Source: Pachysolen tannophilus NRRL Y-2460 (Eukaryota). From it: DNA of 29,912 nt. Below the pieces are notes generated by a model. That model saw only the letters and a program-made list of their open reading frames with translations, was not told the DNA's origin and searched no databases. The stretch is taken from positions 1,620,834 to 1,650,745 of the forward strand of contig KV454011.1 in NCBI GenBank assembly GCA_001661245.1, in the 5' to 3' direction. The translations under genes were made by a program, and so were the position numbers. Positions 21,801 through 29,912 of this stretch are shown in pieces; the first letter of the stretch is position 1; every line of letters starts with the position of its first letter.

Positions 21801-24800
21801 AAAATACATAATGGGCTTAATATTATTCATGTTGTTACCATTTGCTAAGGCAACCCAAAGAGCTTCGACCTCATTTTGCATTCTATCACTGAATTTGATT
21901 GAAATTTCAAATAAATTGTTCAAAACCATTAAAGTGTTGACATCTTCTTTATTTTCGTCATCCAATTGTAATTTAACACTATTAAACCAAGGTAACAAAA
22001 TTGCCAATAAATCTCGTCTGAATTCAACGCTGACCACATGGAACCATTTCGTTAATTCGGATATTATCTTAAAAGATTCTTCAGGTTGAGTGGATGCAAA
22101 ATGAGAAGACATATTGAAAATTGCTCTTTTATAAATAACTTTAGTCCTACTACAAACACTTTCGGTGAATCGGTCAACAAAATTACTATTATATGCCTTC
22201 TTTTCAGTATGTTTCAATAATTTAGCTGCTGCAACTCTCATTTTAAAATTATCAGAGCCCGCTGCACATAACGCTAGAGAAACAATCTGATAGGATTTTG
22301 CGGGCAATTCATCTAATTTCAATACTGCATCAGCAAAAGTTAAAAAGTAACTTTCAGCAGTTTTCGGATTTTCATGATATGTATAGCAGCATTCAAAAAT
22401 ATTTGAATATATCTCTTTGTTATCCGTATTTAATGATAAAATATTAAATAACGCTTTTCTACCAAATGAATGAAGTTTCAGGTTTTTTGTATTAAATAGA
22501 GCACTGATCCAATGCAATAGACCCGGAATATCAAATGACATAAGAACAGACTTTCCTGATTCTTCTATTTGCTTCATTATTGGACTTGAACATAAGGCCG
22601 CCATACAGCTAACTGATGAATACTCTAATGCAGATCTCTCTAGCTCAAGCGACGCATTCAAAGAAATAGAATCCTTCGAACTAGATATGTTCTTTATCAT
22701 GTAGTTATATCTTTCTTGGGCTACTGCAGCAGACAGTCCATAACCACACCATTCTTCTAAAAACGAAAAGCAACTAGCTCTTGCTTCAAATGGTAACCAT
22801 ACATCTGCATCAAAATTTTGCGAAATCCCTAAGTACACATTTTCCAAAATACCACTGAAATAACGACGTAATCTTTGAAATACAAAATCTGTTTGAATTG
22901 AAGGTATGGATAAAAACATTTTTAAACTTTTGATAATCGCCACCAACTTTCCCAATATCCACTCATCTGCATAAATACGATTATCCAAAAATCTAGCGGT
23001 AATATTATTCAATATTCTTGCTAGTTCAATTTTCAACCTATCTTCACTAAGATCTCTTTGGTTATGCTTCGGGTGATCGTCATTTAGTGATGGATCAATA
23101 CTTTCTAAGAAACTTTTGAAAATATTAACATTGACACAACTAAGTCCAGCAACGATCGCATCTCTCACTGTTGGTTGTTGGGTTTTTAACAAAGGTACAA
23201 CCATTTTAAAAATCGATTTTGCACTGGTGATTTTTTGATGCTGAACTGTTAATACTTGTTGAGACCTTTTTCTGATATGAGACTTAGTGAAACTTGATGA
23301 GTTGGAAGTGCCAGAGATTGAGCCCGAAGGTATATGTAGTCTTTGCTCATTTGTAGATGTTAATGTAGTACATGCTACAATCAAATATATTCTCCATTGT
23401 TCCACTAATAATTCTGGTGGAGAAAATTGTTTTGATGCTGAATTTGTAGCTCCCATCAGTTCTTCAACAGCAGTCTGATTATTGGTAGAACTATTACTAT
23501 TATAAACACCAGACAAAGCTCCAAAAAATGATGAAGCTGATTTATTTGGTTGATGATGGCTATGATTCTTTCCAACGTAATTCAGAGAAAAAGACAAACT
23601 CCTCGAAGTTGACTCCTCTGAAAAGCTGAAGATGGGTTCATGAATTTGAACTAACCTGACGCACACAATAGAGCGACATAAGGCTATTGGAATCGGGCAT
23701 TTCTCAAAAATTATTGTCAAAACTTTAGGAAATATTTTAAACCATAATGTGCTATCGATCCCATAGTCACTTCTGGCTAATGAAGTTAATATATTTTTCC
23801 TTTTTTTAATATTTAATTCCTTTAGCCTTTTTTTCTCAGGTAAAGTCAATTCTTTTTCCAACGGGGAAATTAGTTCAAAGAAGTCTGTATTGCTTAAAAT
23901 GTGAATTAATCTAGTACCGACTTCAGCAGTAAATTTGGAAGGAGTCCTTTTATGTTGATTTTGGTCTTTAACAAAATCTTCTTTTGTATTTTCAGTATTT
24001 GAACTTATAATAGTTAACTCGTCAATAACTTCATCGAAGGTTGATACGATTTTCAAAATTTGTAAACCAAAATGGCGAGTTCTAGAATCTTGCGAACATA
24101 AGAAAAATAAACCGTTCCCTTCTACTTCTTCAATAATAGTAATAATGTTTTTCAATTCAAGCTCATCGCTAATCTTATTGGATTCTACTTTCACTAGATT
24201 ATCACCGCTATTAATAACTCCGTGAACTGGATTATTTATGTTCCCATTTATATTCATATTATTGATATTATTTGGATTCATACCATTAATTGAGACTTCG
24301 ACCGCTTCCGGCTGAGAGTTCTTTAAAATTTCTTTGAAAGAATTTAGCCAGCAGTTCAACAAATCGACATATATTTTGAGCAAACTCTGATACTCTTTAG
24401 AAGTCAAATAATTTACATCAAAAGCACAGTAAGACTTTTCATCAAACTGAAAAGCATATCTTGCAAAAGTAATAATCAAAATTTTTGGATTCTTCTTTAT
24501 GAGCAAAACCTTTAACGTATTGATCGCAGCTGAACTTATTCTTACGTCACCATGTACAGAGTTCCTAACTAATAGTTCAACTAATTTCCTGTATGAGATA
24601 TTTAAACCAGAAGATGAGCCATATGGAATAGTGTCAATCAACGTAGAGAACAACTCAATATTCAAATTTTTCGTAATATGAGAAGAAAAATCATTGTTAT
24701 GCAAGAACGAGGAAAAGGGCGACTTTGCCGAAAATGTCGAAGACAGAGTTGAAGCACCAGAAGTCAACGATGATATAGACATACCAGAACCAGGTGAGGA

Positions 24801-27509
24801 TGAAGTGTTTGAAACAGAACCATTATCTGGCAGGGAAGAACTAGAATTCAATTGCCAGTTAGGAGCCCCAATAGAGCTATCCAAAGTTTGGAAGAGTTTA
24901 AGAAATATTTTCGTGAGTTCTTCGTGAGTTGAAGCATTGGATGAATTTTTTTCAAAAATATCAGTCCCTCCATTACTGAATAAAACAGAACCATTTTTTT
25001 TCCTGCTGTCAATATTTATAAACTCAAAAGCATTTCTCTGTTGCGGAATATCTATCAAAACTTCGTCGGTAGGAAATGGTGGCCTCTTCTTCGTTTCGAC
25101 ATCTATCAAAATAGCAATGTATGATCTTAAACATAAAATCAATTTTTCTTGAGAAATTCCCTCTAAGCCAGAACCATTATAACTTGACTTGATTAATGGT
25201 AACAAAACATTTTCTAAAGTATAGTTTAAATTCGAATATCCGACGGATCTCAACAACTGAACGGAAGCTTGAATCAATGATAAATCAGACGTTATCCATT
25301 GCTGTTTCTTTGAGGAATTATTGAAAAATAAAAGTTTAAAAATTCTATCCAAATTCCTAACGGTATTATTTAATGATTCAGTACATCTGAATAAATACGT
25401 CCAGGTTAGTCTTGCACAGCATGTGATATATATTATCTTGTCCTCTACTGAGGCCTTCGGAACCTTGGGCTTCAAAATATTAACATTACTTTCAATAATT
25501 TTCAACCAATTGTCTAAAAATAAGTCGCTATTAGAAACGGACAAACTAGTTGTTACCAAGTTAATTCCAGAGGCCCAGAATTGTCCAGATTTATAGCTCA
25601 ACATCCATAACGCTTTCTGAGAAATTAAATCGATTGCTTCACTCCAGGTAGGATGATTCACCTCTGCAGTGACAATACCAGCCAATGGCAATAAAATCTG
25701 ATTTAAAACTTCCGCGTATGATAATAACACATTTTCGTTTTGACATTTGCTAAAAAATTTTCCCACGCTCTGCAAAAAATCTGAACTTTCTTCAAAATTT
25801 TCCAAGGGGTAATGTCTTAATTTTAAATATCTCATTCCATGAATCAATAATCTTAAATTGTCTTCTGTATGGCTGTTATTGTTATTATTAGTGCTATTAT
25901 TATATTCAATTCCATTATAAACATCAGCAGATAAATTTCCTTGATCACTTTTGCTTATTGAAGAAGATGAATTATTTGAAATATTTGGTGGAACTTTTTC
26001 CAAATCAGCTATGAATCTATCACTAACACTTAAAAATCTCTTATCAGACATATAACCTAATAATTCTGCAAATAAATTCCAGTTTGAAGATCTTATCAAA
26101 CTTTTACTTATCAATATTGGATCTGTAGTTTTCAATTGTGAATGAATAATTTCCTCCAATTTATCCCCTAAATCGTCTCCTAAGACATCATTTGGTGTTT
26201 GTTTGACAACCTCGATTAATACTCGACATAATATATAAATACTTATTAAAGATTTTCTTTCTGCTTGAATTGCAGTTTCTTTAGATTCTTCGACTTTAAT
26301 TGCTAAGCTTTTAAGATTATTGTTATTAATATCAGACAAGTTGGTACCATTATCAGATGAGCTTATCGAATTTGATTTACGATCTTTCACTGGAGAATTG
26401 GATGTAGATGATGATGAAGTAACTGGACCTAATTTGGATGAACTTTTCTTGTGTGATCTCATGAATGATAAAGAAGCCTGGCGATGTAGGCCCTTGTGTT
26501 CTTTAAGTGGTGGTTCAGGATTTGAAATTGTTCTTGAAGTAGAAGGAATTAATCTTCTCTGTTCTTGTTTCAATATTTTGATATTTTTTTCAACTGCACT
26601 AGACGCTAATATGGCAACTTCTGATTTTGATTTTCTCCAAAACATTACAGAGTCAATTACAGGCTTTGGTTTTCTTCTTGCAATATATCCCAATGATTCT
26701 ATTATTTTATCAAATGCTGGGTCAACACCTTCTGCTAACAATTCATTTATCGGAGGTTCCGTATCTAATGAATAAGTATTTAAGCATAAATTTAATTTCC
26801 TTTCAGCATGTCTAACAAATTGTGTAAATAATATATGTAATGTATACTCAGCTGGAGTTTTCTGATCAGTTGCCAAGTTTCTGCGTACTTCATTAATCTC
26901 ATTAATATTAATCATAGTCAATCTTCTATCCAAACCTGTCTTTTGTTGTTGTTGCTGCTGCTGCTGCTGTTGTTGCTGTTGTTGTTGTTGCTGTGGAGCC
27001 TGTTGAGCTTTCTGGGTCTGCTGAGATACTTGCTGCAATAAGTCCTGAGAATTTTGTACTTTCTCAGGAGTGACAAGTGGGGGTGGAGGTGGTAGTTGAG
27101 GTGTAATTAAATTATTCAGAAATTGTGAAGTAGGTTCAGCATTGGGAGTCGTTACCATTTCATTAGTATTTTGATTTTGATTTAAATTCAAGTTTTGGCT
27201 TAATGAATGCATAGGAGGATCTCCCAATTTAAAATCAGAAGTTTGAGAGTAATATTGATCGTGGTCTTGTTGAACTATTTGAGGTGAAACTTGATGTTCA
27301 TGTTGTTGTAAACGCAGATGAAGATTATTTTCGAATGTATTGGAATCAAAGGATGAATTTGCGTTATAATCCTCGGGTATATCTGGAATTTCTATTATTT
27401 GAGGAATGTGATTTTCTTGAGATATGTTATATATTGATTGCTGATTATTATGATCATTATTACTGCCATTTGCACCGTTGCCTCTTTCGCCATCAATATT
27501 CACCGACAT
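18837..27509 (-). CDS. TAO3: Tao3/Pag1/Mor2/Furry RAM-network scaffold protein (2890 aa)
   Basis: TPAEYTLHILFTQFVRHAERKLN, EGVDPAFDKIIESLGYIA...KPKPVIDSVMFWRKSKSE, AERKSLISIYILCRVLIEV, EEVEGNGLFFLCSQD, WATTCAVRHIACRSFQIFRSL, KTATLFGIPEESGWAIPMP. Confidence 0.95.
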   Translation of the reverse strand: MSVNIDGERGNGANGSNNDHNNQQSIYNISQENHIPQIIEIPDIPEDYNANSSFDSNTFENNLHLRLQQHEHQVSPQIVQQDHDQYYSQTSDFKLGDPPMHSLSQNLNLNQNQNTNEMVTTPNAEPTSQFLNNLITPQLPPPPPLVTPEKVQNSQDLLQQVSQQTQKAQQAPQQQQQQQQQQQQQQQQQKTGLDRRLTMININEINEVRRNLATDQKTPAEYTLHILFTQFVRHAERKLNLCLNTYSLDTEPPINELLAEGVDPAFDKIIESLGYIARRKPKPVIDSVMFWRKSKSEVAILASSAVEKNIKILKQEQRRLIPSTSRTISNPEPPLKEHKGLHRQASLSFMRSHKKSSSKLGPVTSSSSTSNSPVKDRKSNSISSSDNGTNLSDINNNNLKSLAIKVEESKETAIQAERKSLISIYILCRVLIEVVKQTPNDVLGDDLGDKLEEIIHSQLKTTDPILISKSLIRSSNWNLFAELLGYMSDKRFLSVSDRFIADLEKVPPNISNNSSSSISKSDQGNLSADVYNGIEYNNSTNNNNNSHTEDNLRLLIHGMRYLKLRHYPLENFEESSDFLQSVGKFFSKCQNENVLLSYAEVLNQILLPLAGIVTAEVNHPTWSEAIDLISQKALWMLSYKSGQFWASGINLVTTSLSVSNSDLFLDNWLKIIESNVNILKPKVPKASVEDKIIYITCCARLTWTYLFRCTESLNNTVRNLDRIFKLLFFNNSSKKQQWITSDLSLIQASVQLLRSVGYSNLNYTLENVLLPLIKSSYNGSGLEGISQEKLILCLRSYIAILIDVETKKRPPFPTDEVLIDIPQQRNAFEFINIDSRKKNGSVLFSNGGTDIFEKNSSNASTHEELTKIFLKLFQTLDSSIGAPNWQLNSSSSLPDNGSVSNTSSSPGSGMSISSLTSGASTLSSTFSAKSPFSSFLHNNDFSSHITKNLNIELFSTLIDTIPYGSSSGLNISYRKLVELLVRNSVHGDVRISSAAINTLKVLLIKKNPKILIITFARYAFQFDEKSYCAFDVNYLTSKEYQSLLKIYVDLLNCWLNSFKEILKNSQPEAVEVSINGMNPNNINNMNINGNINNPVHGVINSGDNLVKVESNKISDELELKNIITIIEEVEGNGLFFLCSQDSRTRHFGLQILKIVSTFDEVIDELTIISSNTENTKEDFVKDQNQHKRTPSKFTAEVGTRLIHILSNTDFFELISPLEKELTLPEKKRLKELNIKKRKNILTSLARSDYGIDSTLWFKIFPKVLTIIFEKCPIPIALCRSIVCVRLVQIHEPIFSFSEESTSRSLSFSLNYVGKNHSHHQPNKSASSFFGALSGVYNSNSSTNNQTAVEELMGATNSASKQFSPPELLVEQWRIYLIVACTTLTSTNEQRLHIPSGSISGTSNSSSFTKSHIRKRSQQVLTVQHQKITSAKSIFKMVVPLLKTQQPTVRDAIVAGLSCVNVNIFKSFLESIDPSLNDDHPKHNQRDLSEDRLKIELARILNNITARFLDNRIYADEWILGKLVAIIKSLKMFLSIPSIQTDFVFQRLRRYFSGILENVYLGISQNFDADVWLPFEARASCFSFLEEWCGYGLSAAVAQERYNYMIKNISSSKDSISLNASLELERSALEYSSVSCMAALCSSPIMKQIEESGKSVLMSFDIPGLLHWISALFNTKNLKLHSFGRKALFNILSLNTDNKEIYSNIFECCYTYHENPKTAESYFLTFADAVLKLDELPAKSYQIVSLALCAAGSDNFKMRVAAAKLLKHTEKKAYNSNFVDRFTESVCSRTKVIYKRAIFNMSSHFASTQPEESFKIISELTKWFHVVSVEFRRDLLAILLPWFNSVKLQLDDENKEDVNTLMVLNNLFEISIKFSDRMQNEVEALWVALANGNNMNNIKPIMYFINSDCLKRRLSSFVEYSRQVIVYLSLAPAGSSLIDDLISNLEPKAMVPPQPDTSEFQPTSDELPYIADLWKYLSDTGKESVFSLGQISMIFLVDLFIASSEVMRTKLALLLHVSFSLLDHYLFIVQDQACEMLIHLIHGLALDEPKAADTISLLRKRDYSKSLWVYDDLNSDRNGTRTPRNMDVLTRNMLEIFRNSVPNLQEDWSRVSLTWATTCAVRHIACRSFQIFRSLLSFLDQGMLRDMLHRLSNTISDETPDIQGFAMQILMTLNAITAELSSEKLIDFPQLFWSSVSCLSTVHEQEFIEVLSALSKFVSKIDLDSPDTVSCLISTFPPKWEGKFDGLQQIVMIGLRSSNAWEPCLALLDRLNKLHDSDIIGSGDSRLLLATLSNLPRFLHALAINEFPVDIIDAATAICGMVERFNLNAILSNHPENDRSDLSRILSSFIKKKFRTKQDFLSQIVNTIKKYFFNNYQAQTVVFLLGILSNKIDWVKIETMELLEKIFPLIDLQKEEFIGVGADLISPLLRLLLTDYAEKALTVLDKTVSISGSQLDKDVLRMSLGNKTIRKGYEKTATLFGIPEESGWAIPMPAVTAATTRNNIHAVFSTCVVASNAETEQQDNVEFHAEEYTYEKQIQSHQHHIQQQHYHQYQLQLQLQILPEFGDTISVIESHVLENDSSALSNIYAALDNLDSFFTREINDSVASGYGNSSLHQYRRSTDTSYSNSDAIVPFESAPQVYDKKVSAILNRSLARTPSSTSFKTSLADSFGSSPTALSEHYFNRDNNGNTLPQRSSYISFKSNRNSTRRLGLEHHSYNQNLKSVTDLTPLSDQSPRLAPQIISSNSKDIDSQFSQADQSQSQYQLQQPQQYDTSKPQQSQLAPHQQVYPQQESSFRLDGLLRSSNKTKKKPNRFSVNSSPIVNHDSAASPASNSIPSMTPPSSSSTINNSSSMPSSHTNKNKDRSLVFGRNTKKNSPKYNVGKDEKLNMS
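26942..26994 (-). repeat. CAA/CAG polyglutamine tract in the TAO3 N-terminus
   Basis: Run of tgt/tgc triplets on the + strand encoding about 17 consecutive Gln. Confidence 0.85.
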
Positions 27510-28037
27510 TGGTAATTCTGAGAATATATATGATTCCTTTCCTTTTATCTGATTTTTTCGCTTCCTGAAATAGTTTCAAATGTATATACAATGTGTTCAG
27601 TTGCTTTTTATTATAGTACTCAAACTATAGTACTTATAAATATTAAACAAAGTAGTTAGAAAAAGCCCGACATATAAAAATAACAATTTGATCTAAGTTG
27701 ATTTTATCAACAAGCAAAAGAAAGTAATAAAAATAAAAATAAAAAAAAAAAAATTAAAAAATTAGAAATTATGAAGCAATAAGTAATATACAACAATTGA
27801 TTTGAACCAAGCAATAAATAAAAGGCCTGAGATAAATCCAAACTAGATTTATTTGAAGTAATATATTTAAATATATATATATATATATATATATAAAACT
27901 TTAGTGTTTATATTTTGATGTGTGTACACACATTGTGTATCAGATTCGCATTGGGGGAAAAAAAAAGAAAGGAAACTTTTGTTCGTAAAGAAAATATCAA
28001 AAAAATAAAAAAATTTTGAAAAAAAAAATAATGTAAT

Positions 28038-28127
28038 TGCGAATTCTGTGGATCGAACACAGGACCTTTAGATTGCAGCGCTTAGCACGTCTTCAGTCTA
28101 ACGCTCTCCCAACTGAGCTAAATCCGC
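28038..28127 (-). tRNA. tRNA-Phe (GAA) with a 17-nt intron (28074-28090)
   Basis: Reverse complement GCGGATTTAGCTCAGTTGGGAGAGCGTTAGACTGAAG[ACGTGCTAAGCGCTGCA]ATCTAAAGGTCCTGTGTTCGATCCACAGAATTCGCA is nearly identical to yeast tRNA-Phe. Intron is at the canonical 37/38 position, the anticodon stem is TTAGA/TCTAA, and a T-run Pol III terminator follows. Confidence 0.97.
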
Positions 28128-28265
28128 TATACATTAATAAAGTTTTGAACACTGTTTTGACATTCGCTATACAGAATAATGTAAGAAATGTAAGAACAAT
28201 TTATCGAACAATCTATCACTATTACTATTATTTATTGATTTTAATTAGCCACGTAACTATAAGAC

Positions 28266-29708
28266 CTATACAACGCAGTGGAAATAATCACGGCCTTTGG
28301 AAATTCCATCCAAGACTATTTTAGAAATTTCATCTGCGTCACTTGTGATACCTGTTAAATTTTCAGCTCCATCTTTTGTTACCAAGATATCATCTTCTAT
28401 ACGGACACCACCGATTTCGTAGTATTTTTGCATAATTTCTAGATCAATTTTTTCTGCTTTTTTAGGATCTTTTAATCCTTCTTCAACTAAGAAAGGTGAG
28501 AAATATACACCTGGTTCATCTGTGACAACCATACCTTCTTGTAGAGGTCTACGTATTCTTAAATATCTCAACATTGGATTTGGATCTTCATAATTTGGTA
28601 ATCCACCAACATCATGAGTATCCATACCTAGTAAGTGGCCCAAGCCGTGGGGGAAAAAAATAACTGAAGCAGCGCTCTCAAAAATTTCATTTTCTGTGAA
28701 TTGGGATTTGAAAATACCCATTCTTAAAAAATGTTTGATTAATATTTTATGTGCTAAAATGTGTATATCATCCCATAATACTCCAGGCTTAATTTGAGCA
28801 AATGCTTGTTTTTGCATGTCTAATACAGTATCATAGATTTCTCTATGTTCTTTTGACCATTTACCATCAATGGGGAAACATCTTGTAACGTCGCAACTAT
28901 AGTTTGACCATTCTGCTCCAGCATCAATTAAAACTGATTTCCTTTGCCCTAAATCTTCATCATTTTTAACATAATGTAAAGTACTACAATTTGGACCTGA
29001 ACAACATATTGGATCATAACTTTGAAATTTCGAGCCCTGTCTAATTGAATGATAAACAAATTCTGCGTGTATGTGACCTTCATTTTTTTCAATTGGCAAC
29101 GCTGACATCACCGCTAAATGTGAATTATCTGTAATCTTAGCAGCATGGCGCATCAACAGAATCTCATAGTCATCTTTGATCATTCTAGATTCATCCAAAG
29201 ACCACAAGAATTCTTTATCATCAGCAATTAAAAATTTTTTAAAAGATTCTTTATAATTCTTATAACAAGTACTATAAATCTCTCTTTTATCTAAAGAATA
29301 GTCTTCTAATTTCTTCAAAATTTTAGATTCGTATAAAACTTCATCGACATCAAATACCTCTTTGGCTTTTTTTAAACTCATTGGCATACCACTCCACATA
29401 ACGTCATCATAATCAATTTCCGGTAAGAACAAAGTCAACTTATTTGTTATCAAGTCAAATAATACATGCAGACTAGGTATATTACAACCTGTAAGATAAT
29501 AAAAATATCTGTTTTGTCTAAATGGATAAGTTTGATCACAATATGGTATTGGTAAAGGTGCTTCTCCACTGACGAAAAAAACCGATCTCGATGACGAAGA
29601 TTTTTTGGTCAAAAAATGTTTGGCAACATTCAAGGCATGTTTCTTGGCTGGATATTTCTTCCCTTTCAATTCAATCGGACCTTCCTGATATGATGAAAAC
29701 GACAGCAT
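28266..29708 (-). CDS. Xaa-Pro aminopeptidase/prolidase (M24B; YFR006W/PepP-like), 480 aa from the first ATG
   Basis: KYPAKKH, FRQNRYFYYLTG, SRMIKDDYEI, TLHY, LIDAGAEW..Y..DVTR, FPHGLGHLLGMDTHDVGG, TDEPGVYF, GGVRIEDDILVT; metal ligands present. The ORF-track start at 29831 is GTG; first ATG is at 29708. Confidence 0.93.
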   Translation of the reverse strand: MLSFSSYQEGPIELKGKKYPAKKHALNVAKHFLTKKSSSSRSVFFVSGEAPLPIPYCDQTYPFRQNRYFYYLTGCNIPSLHVLFDLITNKLTLFLPEIDYDDVMWSGMPMSLKKAKEVFDVDEVLYESKILKKLEDYSLDKREIYSTCYKNYKESFKKFLIADDKEFLWSLDESRMIKDDYEILLMRHAAKITDNSHLAVMSALPIEKNEGHIHAEFVYHSIRQGSKFQSYDPICCSGPNCSTLHYVKNDEDLGQRKSVLIDAGAEWSNYSCDVTRCFPIDGKWSKEHREIYDTVLDMQKQAFAQIKPGVLWDDIHILAHKILIKHFLRMGIFKSQFTENEIFESAASVIFFPHGLGHLLGMDTHDVGGLPNYEDPNPMLRYLRIRRPLQEGMVVTDEPGVYFSPFLVEEGLKDPKKAEKIDLEIMQKYYEIGGVRIEDDILVTKDGAENLTGITSDADEISKIVLDGISKGRDYFHCVV

Positions 29709-29868
29709 TGTAGAAGTTGAGAATTTTCCAATTGTATTAAAAGCAGTATTCGTAGTATCAATATATTTGCCAAAATTTAAATTTTTTTTCCTATGGAAAT
29801 TATACGACCACTTACAGAGAAATTGTACCACGTAGCTAACGAGTTAAACATAAGAATTAAAAGAATTG

Positions 29869-29911
<43 letters not shown>

Positions 29912-29912
29912 A

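Noticed and set aside
18895..27568. Numerous 60-150-aa antisense or alternate-frame ORFs inside TAO3 (likewise inside VPH1 and RAI1)
   Set aside because: Typical shadow ORFs of long coding genes, with no motifs and mostly non-ATG starts.
28037..28324. 95-aa plus-strand ORF
   Set aside because: It is the antisense of the tRNA-Phe gene and of the aminopeptidase 3' end, and starts at TTG.

Overview
AT-rich budding-yeast (Saccharomycotina) nuclear DNA with long poly-A/T and (AAT)n tracts and one 313-N assembly gap. Genes in order: 5'-truncated VPH1 (+), PAC1/LIS1 (-), HRK1-type kinase (-), CUE1/CUE4-like (+), SAP30 (-), a Gti1/Pac2 (WOPR) transcription-factor locus, RAI1 (+), BRL1/BRR6-family (-), TAO3 (-), an intron-containing tRNA-Phe(GAA) (-) and an Xaa-Pro aminopeptidase (-). 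The main observation is the WOPR locus. Its WOPRa half (12631-12930, +) and its WOPRb/C-terminal half (14088-13060, -) face each other on opposite strands, both look undecayed, and the second has no ATG before the domain. Flipping the ~1.14-kb segment between an in-frame inverted microhomology (CTACAT 12920-12925 / ATGTAG 14058-14063) would rebuild one 430-aa ORF. This could be an invertible switch, a recent inactivating inversion, a split two-chain regulator, or a misassembly; the sequence alone cannot decide. Several CTG codons fall where Ala is expected, suggesting a CUG-Ala yeast (Pachysolen/Nakazawaea/Peterozyma group), so the standard-code translations are probably wrong at CTG. Gene identities and homolog comparisons are from recalled motifs; no searches were run.
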